64,000 nucleotides of DNA from the NCBI GenBank assembly GCA_964106645.2, contig OZ067049.1. One strand, 5' to 3'. This document shows, in pieces, positions 13,883 through 26,309 of the stretch; within the stretch, counting starts at the first letter, position 1, and every line of letters starts with the position of its first letter. This DNA comes from Podarcis pityusensis. Taxonomy: Eukaryota. The notes below the pieces were generated by a model, which worked only from the letters and a program-made list of their open reading frames with translations, did no database searches and had not been told where the DNA came from. A program made the position numbers and the translations under genes.

Positions 13883-14015
13883 CATGAGCGTAGCCAGGAT
13901 TTATGTTGGGGGGCAGGCTTTATGTTGGAGGGGCAGATCCTCAGTTAATTAAGTATTTTGTATTGATTTACACTGGGGCAGCTGCCCCTCCCTGCCCTTC
14001 TTGTCTATGCCCATG
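13883..14015. mobile_element. Non-autonomous DNA transposon (MITE), probably hAT
   Basis: Imperfect TIRs catgagcgtagcc / tgtctatgcccatg; flanks ccccccaa and ccccccag form an 8-bp TSD with one mismatch (low complexity). Confidence 0.65.
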
Positions 14016-15822
14016 CCCCCCAGCATGTTGTACCATATTACTTCCCTATGATTGGCTGATAGTCCCTCCTCTTCCTCCAAAATCAAGACTGCTGCTGAGC
14101 ACGGTGGTTACTTCCGAGTAAACCTACCTAGGGTGTCTCGATGTGTCATTGCCGCACTGATAATAAAGCAGAGGGATAAATCAAAATATGTATGCTCAGA
14201 AGCAAGTCTATGGGACTCTATGGGAGTTCAATTGTGCTTACTCCCAGGTAAGTTGGTACAAAGTTGCAGACCGTCTTGAATAAAAAATCAGTTATTGGAA
14301 CTATACAGAAGTTGGGAAGTATTGGCGAGGGGAATTCGAAATGAAGGGGGAAATGCTTGGAAGAGGGGGCCGTGGCATTCTGAAATACTGGAGTGGGATC
14401 ACCTATGGCCCAGAGTGGCCTCGCCCACACTTAAGCCTTCTCCACCTAACCCGATCCGCGTGTGCAGGCGGCAACGTGGTCAGGAAATACGCCTAAATTT
14501 GTGGCCCGGGAGGGCAGTGAAGGCCAAAGGGATGGAAATGAGGAAGCCAGCTGTCTGCAGGAGAGGAGAGAATGTGGACTGGTGGGTTCATAGATAGAGA
14601 AAAATTGATCCATCTCTCGTCGTCTCCAACTGCCCCCAAATCCGGGGCTCGTCCGATCGACCCCCGTGTCATCCTCGGCCTGGCTCCTCAGGTAGGGCCT
14701 GGCGGGGAGAGGAGCTGGAGCTGCTGGGGGGGGGGGGCGGTGTCAGATAAAGACGTCCGTCAATCCGAGGCCTCGGAACGGGCTGACAGAGCAGGCCGCG
14801 GCGCCGTGACCCTGGCCAGCTTTGTCCCCGCGACGCGCAAAGCTCCCCGGCTTGGCAGGAGAGAGAAAATTAAAATGTCACCCATAGTATTGAACTTGGA
14901 GCCAGAAAGCCGGGCGAGGATGACGGCGCTGCTCAGGGAGGACAGGGGAGATGCGCGCACCTGCGGCAGGTGGGGAGGGGGCTGGGGGCCATCCATTGGG
15001 GTCGGTGGGGAAAGATGAAGGGGGCGGCGGCTGGCTTGCGCTATCTGCGAGCTTGCGCGCAGCCCTGACTTTTGCCAAATGTTGCCCCCAACAGTCAAGC
15101 GTCTCCAGCAAGGAAAGCAGCCGGAGGGGGGAGCCACCTAGTCCGAGTTGCTCGAGGGTGTTGTCCGGCGCAACGCAGGAGAACTGCGTCGCTCTCCTTT
15201 GCTACAGGCCCCAAGAAGATAGGTACGTGAGCAGGTACACAGGTCGGTCGGTGTGCTATGGGAGGCACTCCGAAATGGCGCAAGCCCATGGCAGCAAGAG
15301 TTAATAAAGGGGAGGGGGAGACGGAGAGACACGCCGAGTGATCTACATAAAGTGCCTCGGTTAGATCCCCGAGCCTGTTTGCCTCGGAAGCCCCGGCACA
15401 GCCTGCTCTCCTTGCTGTCCACGCCGCAGCAAGTTGGCTGCAAGTTCCGCGGGGAAGTGGGTTCAGGATGGCAAGGGGACACCTATATATCTCTCTTCTT
15501 TCCCCGGACTCCTTTAAACCGGATGCGAATTTGCATCAGCTCGCTCCACTCTCCATGTGCGGGTGATAACTTTGACCTGAGTTTGCCTCCCCTGAGCTGG
15601 CTAGGGAGACTCATTCCCAGGCGGTGGGGCTGGGCCCGTGGGCTGCCTGTGCCGTTTGCACCCCACGTAAATTGGTTTGTATCCCGATCCTACTCGTTTC
15701 CTCAAGGTATGTCTGGAGGAATTAAGCAGGCCTTACTTCCGAGTAAGCGTGTTAATAGGATTGGGCTGGAATCATGTTGACTATGTGGATTATTGGGATC
15801 GCAGCTGAAAAATGAACTCACT

Positions 15823-15924
15823 GGGTGGTATCCGACAAACCCATTCTCAGAGTAGACCCACTGATTTCAATTGACATAGATTTCAATGGGTCTTCTCTGG
15901 GGTTGACTCTGTTGAATGACACCC
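15823..15924. repeat. Palindromic short interspersed element, family B
   Basis: gggtggtatcc...ctcagagtagacccactgatttcaa / tttcaatgggtcttctctgggg...gaatgacaccc; homologous copy at 29555-29672. Confidence 0.65.
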
Positions 15925-16339
15925 GGCATATATTAAAGGCCACTTTGTTTGATTCGCGCATTTATTATCCCATATATCATCACAATGTTCGCTATGGAAA
16001 ATAAAAACACCAGTATAAAACCTTTCTGAAACAGCAAGCAAACGTGTCTTTGTCAGGGCCACTTTTGTACTTTCAAATACATTTACCCTCCTGCAAACAT
16101 AAATTATCCGGTTTTTTCGCCGCATTCTAAACCATTACTTGGAAGTAAGACGCAGTGATTGCAACGGGTATGTGTAAACCGCCCTGGGGTTGTTTACGTC
16201 GGCAGGCAGCATCGAAATTTCTTGCATAAAATGAAGAAACAACTTCCAAACAAACCCGTTTATAGTCGAGGCCACAAATGCACAAATGTCATCGGAAGTC
16301 CCATTTCTTACAGATAAACTTAATCGGAAGCAAAGGTGG

Positions 16340-16500
16340 GGCTGCCCTAAGGATGTCTACTCAGAAGGAAGACTCACAAAATTCCTCGTGACTTAGTTCC
16401 TAGGAAGTGTGAGTAGAATTGCCGCCTCGCCGCGCTATCCTATACAGGCCTACTCAGAAGTAAGCCCCATTGAATTCAGTGGGACTTACTTCCAGGTGAC
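16340..16500. repeat. Two adjacent copies of the palindromic ~85-bp element, family A
   Basis: Second copy has arms gaagtaagccccattgaa (16457-16474) and ttcagtgggacttacttc (16475-16492), 16/18 complementary; first copy (16340-16425) is more decayed. Confidence 0.75.
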
Positions 16501-16923
16501 TACAGCCAACGTCACTTTATTTGGATGGAGTTTAAGTTAGACATTTCTTTCTTTTTCCAGAATCATGCGGCGTGAAACGTTCGAAATATTGTTTAGTCCC
16601 ACATACCGTTTATTTAGTACGTAAATTCAAACAGAAACAAAGATTATTATTACAGGAAAAAATTGTTTAAAGACACGAAGTTCTGAAGGAAAGCACCCGC
16701 TTTTTCATCTGAGAGAGAGAGGTAGGATATTCAAGGAGAGCTACGCCTTCCACCTATCTCGCCCGCCCGCGACCATTAGATTTCATCGGTCTGCCTTCTA
16801 AATTTCCAGCTGGGAGTTAAACTGCAAGCAGCCAAAACAATGACGACAAGTGCGGTGCGGATCCCACTTTGCAGGGTTTCTGGAATTCTTAACTGAAGGC
16901 CTCCTCTTGCCCTAACAGCGAAC

Positions 16924-16940
16924 GGCCGCCAGGGGGCAAA
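16924..16940 (+). promoter_or_regulatory. Candidate CTCF motif
   Basis: ggCCGCCAGGGGGCAaa matches the CTCF core. Confidence 0.4.
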
Positions 16941-19189
16941 GAGGCATCAACAAAGGCCCAACGAGCCAATCCCCTGGGCTTCTCTCTGCAGACAGCGTTT
17001 TTAAAAACATGCTCTGGTTGCAAAGGTCTTCTTTTCTATTTGCAAAGGATTTTCCGCTCTCGCTCCCTATCCCCCCCCCCGCCAAAATAAATAAAAATGA
17101 AATAAAAATATTTTCCTTGGGCACAGAGAAACGCTGTCCTAGGCACCCACAAGCATGTTCAGACGGAAGCAACGCTAGGCACTTTCCTGTCTGCAGCTAT
17201 ATAACACATTAAATAAGAATGATATTCAAATATACCAGATCATATCCCTGGCCATTTATCCTACTTACCTTGTCGAAATATTTAACCTATGATCTCCGTG
17301 CATTCTAATGACATACTTCTGAATGGACGTTTTACAGGATACACATATTGCTTTAAGCTTTCTCTCCTTCCTTCCCTCTCTCTCCCTCTCTCCCTTTTCA
17401 GTCGGCATAGCTCAAGAAAGCTGGGGAAGGGTCTCTTCCTTGGGGCAGTGGTGGTGCAGGCTTGGAGGTCTTAAGAATTATGGAGCCTGCGAGGCTAGAC
17501 AGAATCCAAATGAAACCACTCAAGGGAAACTTCGCTGCAGACAAAAACACACACGTACGCAGACCACATTCAATTCCCTGCCTCCTCTTCCCCCCCTTGA
17601 CTTATTTGGTTTGGCGGTCGCCCGTTGCAGAAGCCAAACAGGGAAATATCCTTCACACCAGCTCATAAGGAGCCTGGCTGGAGGAAACCCCGCTTTCCCA
17701 CCCGTACTCCTCTCCTTCTGGGTTGTTTAAATAAACCATTCGGAAGAGCGTCTTGCAGGAGATTCATCTCTCCTCCCGCCGCCCCCGCCCGGCTTCCTTG
17801 CCAACTGGAGCATTACGAGCCAGGCGCATTTTTGCAGACAATGAAGCCCACAGTGCTGCTGAAATGGGCCACCTTCTGTCTTTTCCCCAGGAAGAGGGCA
17901 CTGCTTTCCTCTCTCCACACACCCTGCACGTCTCCACTTCCACCTGTCCAGGGCTGCCAAGTGGAATAAAATATTCGCGGGGGGGGGGCAGGTAAGCCTC
18001 GTCCCGCATAATCGATCACATGACGCAGTGCACACACACCCTTTGAATGGCAATGCCCATCAATTTTGGGGGGGAGCCCTCAAATCATTTATTGGGGCGG
18101 GGGAGGGAGGGCGGCGAACGGATCTCGACCCCTAGGAGTTGGCTCCTATGGTGTGCTTTTTCTCTCGCCTGGCATTTCTTGGTTAACTTATCAGTAAGCT
18201 GGGCGAGGTATGAACTTGGAGGTTTCGCAGGGATCGAACCAGCCGGTGGTTGAGTGGTGGTTTTTCTTTGGGAGCGGGCTGTGTGGGGAGGGTTGCCGTG
18301 TTTTAAAAGCCGCCCAACAATGGCGATGGCCAGAGTGGAGCTGGGCTCGGCCTTTTCTGCGTGTTCACGAAGCGTTAAAGCTTTATCGAACAAAACAGCT
18401 CCGTCTGACCCCGGCCAGACAAAAGGCAACTTCCATGCCCCGCCCCGCCCGCAAACGTAAAAAGAGCGGGCCAGGAAGAGGGAAGGAAGCGACGGCGACC
18501 GACCAGGGACAGGCCTGCTTCCCTTACTGCCTTAAGGGTGACCCCGTCTCCTCCTCCTCTTCGCTTCGACTTGAGGTGGCAACTGCGGCCCCTCCTCGCC
18601 CTGGGCGCGAGTGTGGACCAAGAGGCTACTGGCTCCTTCCCTGCTCCCTCCCTAGCCAAGGCTGCCCCACAGCTAGAAACTGTACTAGTTCCAGGTCTCC
18701 CTGCCCCCAACAGCTCCCTCACTTGAAGTAATAATTGGCCTCATTAAGGCCAGCGAAGGGGGAGGAAAATGGCGCCAACGCAACCCCCTTTCTTCCCGCC
18801 TCAGCCGGCGGCCTGAGCGCCAAGCAAGCCCGCTGGGGAGCCTCTTCCTCTGGCAGCCTGTGCTGGGTGTCACGAAAGGGCAACAAATTGTGGCTGCAGC
18901 TTTAAGGGAAAGAGGCACGTGTGGGGTTTTCTGCCTCCATCTCCAATACTCTGCACCTGATGGTGGCGGCACTCAGGTTTGCTGCAAGTTATTATTTAAA
19001 TGTTCATAAGCCAGCTTAAAATATTGCCTCAAATGCTTATGCTCATGCTTGTTATATTTCCATTTTCACACAAGTTCCTGTTTCTTTTAAAAAATTACTT
19101 ATTGACTTGTTTATAATCCATATTTTCATAAAAATACTGTATATCCACATATAACAGTGAAATCGGCAAAAGGCATCCATAAAAATTAG

Positions 19190-19680
19190 TAAATACTGAT
19201 TGGTTCAAAAGAGAAAATTAGTATTGCAAAGGCCTGCCTACACAATATAGTTTTCAAAAGACACCTGAAAGAAGAGACTGATTGTGCCTGCTGAACCTCT
19301 ACTGGTAGGGCAGGGCCTGCCACGCTAAAGGCTCTGAACCTCAGGGGTGTGGAGAACCACCAGAAGTGTCCCATCGGATCTCAGTGTTTGAGGTGGGGCA
19401 ATAGGAAACTTAAGGGTCCTTAAGGTACTTTAGGCTCAAGTGGTTAGGGCTTTGTGAATTGTCCAAAATACCTTGAACCTGGCCTGGTAGCAAATTGACA
19501 ATCAGTGCAGCACTCCCTCTCTCCCTCTCTCCCTCTCTCCCCCCCTCCCTCCTATGAGCAGTCTGGCTGCTGCATTCTGTACTGCAGCTTCCTCACCAGA
19601 TACAAGGGTAGCCCCACAAAAGAATGTTACTGTAATCAAGCCTTGAGGTTACCAATGCACATGTACATGACTATTTCATT
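19190..19680 (-). mobile_element. L2 LINE fragment
   Basis: aaggcctgc...agggcagggcctgccacgctaaaggctctg...accttgaacctggcctggtagcaaattg...ctggctgctgcattctgtac, a reverse L2 ORF2 3' signature. Confidence 0.65.
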
Positions 19681-19712
19681 TATTTGCTTTCTAGCTGCTA
19701 TTTGCTCTACAG

Positions 19713-19881
19713 CAATGGTTTCCAGTTGGTGGTCCGTGGACCCCCTCCCCCCCGGGGGTCCCAGGCACCATTCACAACAAAAGCTACCATAGAGATATCA
19801 TTTTTTTTCCAAAAATGGGGTCCATGGCTTAGCTTTTGAAAAACAGGGGGTCTGCAGTACTTAACTAATTGGAAACCATTG
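19713..19881. mobile_element. hAT (Charlie-like) MITE
   Basis: TIRs caatggtttcca / tggaaaccattg; perfect 8-bp TSD ctctacag at 19705-19712 and 19882-19889. Confidence 0.9.
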
Positions 19882-19919
19882 CTCTACAGGAATCCCTGAA
19901 GTAGATTGCCCCAAAAGTA

Positions 19920-20077
19920 CCGTATTTTTTGCACCATAACACTCACTTTTTTCCTCCTAAAAAGTAAGGGGAAATGTCTGTGCGTGTTATGGAGGGAATG
20001 CCTACGGGTGGCATGCCTACGGATTTTCCTCCTCTAAAAACTACGTGCGTGTTATGGTTATAGAGCGAAAAATACGG
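19920..20077. mobile_element. Tc1/mariner-superfamily MITE (CCGTA-ended)
   Basis: TIRs ccgtattttt...ataac / gttata...aaaaatacgg; TA on both sides (19918-19919, 20078-20079). Confidence 0.9.
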
Positions 20078-21520
20078 TAAGTCATATACATTTACACTGG
20101 AGCTGTTTCTAGATCTTCACCCTCAGACACCTAGCATTGCTCCAGGATAGTATATCCCCAACCCTATTAGGCCATTGTTCCCATCACCTTTTGTTCTATT
20201 ATACTCCTATTTTGTGATGTGTTGCCGCACTGCACACTTTTAATTCCCACTTTTTATTCCCTTCTAAGGGCAGATAGGAAGCAAATACTAACAGCAGCCA
20301 TGCTGTTTCAGGGGAGCTGCTGAGTGATAGCAGGTAAAGGTTCCATTGCCTGGCTGTATGCTTCTCATTTACTTCCCCCTCAGGATGACAGGTCTTTTCC
20401 CTGTGCAAAAGCATAAATGGAGGAGCCCGGTATAGCGTATACATCTATACATATGCAATGCTAGCTATGCTTCTATAGTCAAACTCATACATAAACACAC
20501 TATCATGTAACATTTTGCGTCTATAATCCCCCAAGGGTCTGTTTTGCAATTCATATGTGTCTGTTACATCATCTTTAAATGCACTCTCAAGAATTCAGCT
20601 CAGCTCTGCCGGAGAAGGACTGTGCGGTGCTCTTGAGAGCAGCAGCCTTTCCTCGGGGCTCACATGCCACCTACTGACCCATGCAGAATCTTGGTCCCTT
20701 CAAGACCAAGAGGGCTGGAGCTGCCTCCTCTTGCTTGGCTTGAACAGAGGCACCCAGCCTGCCCTAGAGTTTAGTCCGGTTTCTACTGATCTGTGAAAAA
20801 CACTCATATTTGATTGCAACTTCTCAGAACCAGTTGGCAGTTCTAAACTTTTAGGATGTTTTCATAAAGCATTTGAAATATGCTTGAGAACTGTATAGAA
20901 GAGAAGGTAGACATTCTAAGCTTCGTTCTGTCTACAGTACAGGGCTGGCTCTACTATTAAAATAAGGCGGCCACTTCAGATGGCAGATGCTGAGGGATGG
21001 GGAGTAGATTCTGTTGTGTGAGCCTCCCTGAACTAAGTCTTGGGTGTGGTGGAAAATTCTGTCCCATTCCTAGGGGTTGAAGTAAGATTAATTTGCCAAA
21101 CAGGTTCACTTTGTATACAGAACAGAGACGACATCATTGTCCATTTCTGGCAACAAAATGTGTTGACTCAGCTCTGCCATAGTATATTTCAAGGAAGTTT
21201 TTAACCAGGCCAAAATGATGAGTAGCAGAAGTCATAAAGAGGGATGGCAGAGTAGCCAAAGGCTCTAGCTTATTTTGAAGGCAAACAAACTGGTTTCTTT
21301 CTCTTTTCCTTTGTTTAATCTTATGATCTTTTAAAATGAACAGGTAACTTTTCAATATGTGGGAGATAAAACTCTGCAATCAGTTTTTGTCATCAGGGTT
21401 TTAGATCACTGTATCTCAAGCACTTAAGCAAATTAATTTTATCATCATCTCCCTTTTGTGCTTACAATCCAGTAAAATAATGAGCTCCAAAACATTGGTT
21501 TCCATTTTGCCCATGTGTAT

Positions 21521-21640
21521 GAGCCAATGTGGGGTAGTGGTTAGAGTTTCAAACTAGGACCTTGGAGACTCGGCTTCAAATTTCCACTCAACCATAGAGC
21601 TTACTGAATAGCCTTGGGCCAATCACTACATCTCAGCTTA
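21521..21640 (+). mobile_element. CORE/MIR-like SINE
   Basis: gagccaatgtggggtagtggttagag...ctaggaccttggaga...ttcaaatttccactc...ccttgggcca. Confidence 0.7.
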
Positions 21641-24600
21641 AACTCATCCAGCAATAGCTTAGAAAATCTCCAAGCTATCCACTGCTCTGTCCAACTATTT
21701 CAAGACCCTTTATTTGTATTTAATATCTAAACAATTCCTTGCAGGCTGTGTTCTTCCCACAATTTAAAAAGCAGCACATATGTAGTTTTGTTTATTACAA
21801 GTTGCAGGGAACACAGTGTCTGTCCCCTGCAGCAAGACTACCATCAGCCATTACATGGGAATGAGATATTGTGCTACTGGCACCAGATCAGGGCTTGTGG
21901 GGGTATCATGCCAGAAAAGCCTTTTAAAAGGCTGGTTGGTGGTGACAGTGTGATTTTAATGGGGCATGCGAAACATCCAACAATGTGCAAGTCGTTTTGA
22001 GACAACTTAGTGTAAAAATGCAACAAATAAATATGAACAACACCACTTATAAAATTTGCAACACGGCCTTGCTCACTGAGCTTGTGGGTTTGGATGTGTG
22101 GTGTCTTTTACTTTGTTTTTGCTCCTCCCTTTAAAAACATTGATACTGATATTATACCATAATCTGCACTCCCCTCAAAGTACAATTGGTTCCAAACTAT
22201 ATCCTAACTATAAATGGTGTTTAATTGAGTCAAATAAGAGGAGTACTGCTCACCACTCAGGAGCTTCCAGTAGAGTTTCCCCAGTTCAGACTCTGCTGAA
22301 ACCATCATAATGCGCTTCTGTGTCATCATTGATTTTAATGGGGTTTTTAAGGCACAACCAAAGGCAAAATATGTCCTGTTGGTCTGATTATATAATTAGA
22401 CTCAACACTGTCAAGCAGAATTTCAGCAGAGAAGCTATGTGTTTTTATTGTCAATATCATTGATTTCCTACCCTTGTTAATCCCAGCTCTTAGCTGCACC
22501 CTTGGATGCATACTTACCGTAGATGCTCTGCAGTGGGGGCAATACCTGTTCTAAAAGCTGCTTTTTATTAATTTAATGGCACTTGGGTGGGGTCTTCAAC
22601 ACAGTGTGATAAAAGATACTTTAGGAAATATAACACACACACACAAATCTTTTAATTCTTAAACAAGTCTCCTTTTTGTGCATCCTTAAAAAGCAGTTAA
22701 AGGCAATAGTTATTTAGACTTATAAACAATGTGTGTTGGATTTCATGGTCTTATATAGGTTCATCTTCTTTTCCATGCCATATACAAGTCTTGTGGATGC
22801 ATAGTCACTATTCAAATAATGTATGCAAGTTTTTAAGGTACGGAAAAGGCTGAGGGTGGGTGCTACATCTTATTTTTCAAATATATTCAGGAATTGGTAG
22901 AAGGAAAACCAGCTGTAACACCAACATCTACAGTCAATGTTTGGTTAAGAGCCCCCTGATGATTCTAACACTAGTAACTGGACTTCCAAAATAGGATCTA
23001 GAAATTTGTTGAAATCAATGGCACTCAGAGCAGCATTGGGCATCTGTTTACATGCCACTGGTATTTCCGTGTGTCAGCCTTAGAGTTACCCATCCCAGTG
23101 CCACATTGTGATGGGCTGGGAGAAAATGTACAAATGCAAGTTGTTTTCATCTAATAAAAGTTCTGTTGAATTCTTTTCAGTGAAATGCATGCAGATGCAG
23201 TCAGCGTTACAGTCAGCTGAGACACAAAAAGCATAACCATTCTTAGAAGACTGCCTTATTTATACAATGTCTTTTTTATACAATAGGCAATAAAATCATT
23301 TAATATTATAGTAAGGTTAGTAATTCTGTACAATATTGTTTTTAAAAAATCTGGAAAAGTCTGCTCTATTCCCTTTAAAAACAACTATTGAGGTATCAAG
23401 TTGTGTTAGCCATAATTCTTAATCCCTTGTCCCTCATGACTGGGAAGTTGTTTATATGAATTTCATTGCTCTGGAGGTGGGGGGGGGGGAGCCCAGTCTT
23501 TCCGCATGGGCAAGGATGTGATTAAATGAATGGCGTCAAAATAGCCTGAGCAGATCCATTGAAACCAGATACTGATTTAAACAAGCTGAGCAGTCATTTC
23601 ATAAACTTTCTCTTAAACTTTGGTTTATTTTTTATTATTATTCGATAAACTACACATTTTAACTTATTTACCAAGTGAAATGAAATCAGTGGCTGACATT
23701 CAACATTACTTACTTAAGTAAAATGAGCTTGACTAATGATGGCTTCTACCCCTGATGTCTCTGGTAACATCACAGAAATAGTAAAAATTACAAAAAGAAA
23801 TTTGCATAATAGTGATGATGGTGGCTCATCAGCATTCTTTGCATCCATTGCCTTGAGTGGGTACTTGTGGTGCTGAGTGTTACACTGTTACAAGAGTGAA
23901 GGCTTTGCTTCTCTCCTTCAGGACTGCTTCTCCTTGTTCTCAAATAATTTTTATTTAAGTACTTTTAAAGTGATATTTTTATGACTACAACAATGCAAAA
24001 CACTAATTCAACAATGCCAACCCTTAAAACAGTTCTCCTCCCTAGATGAGTTACTTTTTAGCTCAACTAATATTCAGCACATATGGTAGAAAAAAGGGTT
24101 ATCATTTTTTTAAAAGGAGGCAAGCATAGAGAACTACAATTCAAAGAGTTTCAGAAACACACCAGATACTATTAAATTTAGTGCTAGCCTCAGACCCAGC
24201 TCTAGAGGTAATGGCGCTGCAAGCAAGGAGCAGTTTTTGGCACCTTCTCCATCTGTTAAACTTTTGAATAACTTGTTTTCTATTTCATTTGTAGCCCATT
24301 TTACAACTTTGAGTCACAGTTAGCATGCATGATTTATCCCAGTCATTTAAGGCAGGTGTTTGTATGCTAGGTGCTATAATCTGTATTTATCCATGCCATA
24401 CAAAGTTTTCGTATTATGTGTTTCAGTTGTTGAGTGCATAATAGCCCATGACAGCCACTACAAACTCTGTATTCCAGGTGGATGCCTGGGTCACCTGCCC
24501 TAAATTCCATCCTGGCTAGCACCACACCTATTAATACTGCATGCTCCTTAAATGTTAAGTGTAAGAACCCTTCCATACATTTTTTGATATGGTTTTTGAA

Positions 24601-24777
24601 TCATTTTCATAAGATAGTGGCAGTAACTGAAGCATATGTACAGTAGGTGCACAGGGTGTACAGTCTTCTTGTATACTGTTTTTGGTCTTGGGCTGTTCAT
24701 AAAGTTGTAAAATAGATGAATAAATAAATATTAAACCTCTACCCATGAATATTTCTGAAAGACAATACATAAGATTA

Positions 24778-24857
24778 GAATCCTAGACCACTTATCTAGA
24801 AGTAAGTCCCATTCATCTCAGTAGGACTTGCTTCTGAGTAGAAATGCATAGAATTGT
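24778..24857. repeat. Palindromic element family A copy
   Basis: aatccta...agaagtaagtccca / taggacttgcttctgagtag...tagaatt. Confidence 0.7.
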
Positions 24858-25663
24858 GACAGTGGTGATAAAAATCTTGACTTCTTTGTACATTAATTCA
24901 TCCCTCTGTTCGCCTATTAAATTACATACCTTCTTAAGTTATGCCTCTGAACAGACTTAGTTCAGTACAATTCAATACTCATATTTGTGGATACTGCTGT
25001 TCTTTAAATAAGTGACAATTAGGTTCAAAAATTGTGCTCTGTTTGCCCATTTTGTCTGTCACATTGTCAGTTTTGTTTCAGGCCCTTCCCTCCTGCAGAT
25101 CTGCCATCATAAGCAATGAGGGCACATAGAACTGCAAATCTTTGCTGTTTTGAAAATGGCAGAAAACTGGCGGATCAAAAGTTTAGCCTAGAGGCTGCTG
25201 TCAGTTTTCTCAAGGAAATAACTTCATACACTTTCCTGCAACCTATAGGATGGATGTTGAAGTAGAACAGTCCAAATACTGACAGCAAACTTCGTTGTAA
25301 ACAAAAGAACTACATGCTCCGCCCCCTGTCCAAGCAGGGTAAATGGAATTTGTATAGTTAATACCAGGGCAAAAAAGTGAGAAGGAATACTCCAAATTCA
25401 CTATAGCCCATTTAATGCATGTTTTCGATCTGCTTAGTACATGCACAGTAGTGAAATAATAGCACAGCTATGTTTCCAATTTTTGAATAAATATTTGTTT
25501 GTGAAGTGGTGGCTTTACTATAGTAGTGATGGCACAATTGAAGGTGGTAGTCATTCCAGATCAATTAATCCAGAATTAGAATGTGCTGTTAGGAGCATAT
25601 GCTTACTATTTTATATCTTTTCTGTTTCCAGAAAATATATTAAGCCACCTTACTGGCTACTAT

Positions 25664-26007
25664 GGGACGCAGGTGGGTTAAACCACAGAGCCTAGGACTT
25701 GCTGATCAGAAGGTTGGCGGTTTGAATCCCCACGACAGGGTGAGCTCCCGTTGCTCAGTCCCTGCTCCTGCCAACCTAGCAGTTCAAAAGCACGTCAAAG
25801 TGCAAGTAGATAAATAAATACCGCTCTGGTGGGAAGGTAAACGGCGTTTCTGTGCACTGCTCTGATTAGCCAGAAGCGGTTTAGTCATGCTGGCCACATG
25901 ACCCAGAAGCTGTACGCCGGCTCCCTCGGCCAATAAAGCGAGATGAGCACTGCAACCCCAGAGTCAGCCATGACTGGACTTAATGGTCAGGGGTCCCTTT
26001 ACCTTTT
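25664..26007 (+). mobile_element. Sauria SINE, near full length
   Basis: Starts gggacgcaggtgg, ends ggtcaggggtccctttaccttt; perfect 14-bp TSD ttactggctactat at 25650-25663 and 26008-26021. Confidence 0.93.
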
Positions 26008-26309
26008 TTACTGGCTACTATAAGAAATTCCTCTTAAACTGATAATTTGTTTATGTGGAGAAGTAGAGGAGGACTTACTGTATTATTTGTTTGTATGCAC
26101 CATTTATGAAGATATAAGATTTAGATACTTTGAATCTCTTCTTTCTGAGAAAGAATATTAGTTCAGTCAGTAAAAAGTTTGTTTGTTTGTTTTCACCAGA
26201 TTACGAGACTACCAAAACAATCCAACAAGCCAAAAACATTGTTGATAACACAGACATACTGACACTGGAAAATCACTGGTAGTGTGATTTTTAAAATAAA
26301 ATAAAATAT

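Larger units (their letters stand above)
8050..18970. promoter_or_regulatory. CpG-rich domain (cluster of CpG islands)
   Basis: CpG dinucleotides are visibly frequent compared with the flanks, densest at ~9.1-11.6, 12.8-13.2, 14.4-15.7 and 17.6-18.9 kb; GC boxes and G-tracts; no long LINEs. Confidence 0.75.

Noticed and set aside
16450-16500. Pre-miRNA hairpin
   Set aside because: Belongs to a multi-copy palindromic repeat, has essentially no loop, and matches no mature miRNA that I recognise.
18200-18300. tRNA gene suggested by a B-box
   Set aside because: No A-box, acceptor stem or cloverleaf.
8393-18972. Many overlapping 60-183 aa ORFs in the GC-rich zone (e.g. 9201-9752, 15253-15780, 18210-18731)
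   Set aside because: Pro/Arg/Gly/Ala-rich, overlapping on both strands, no recognisable domain; expected by chance in GC-rich DNA.
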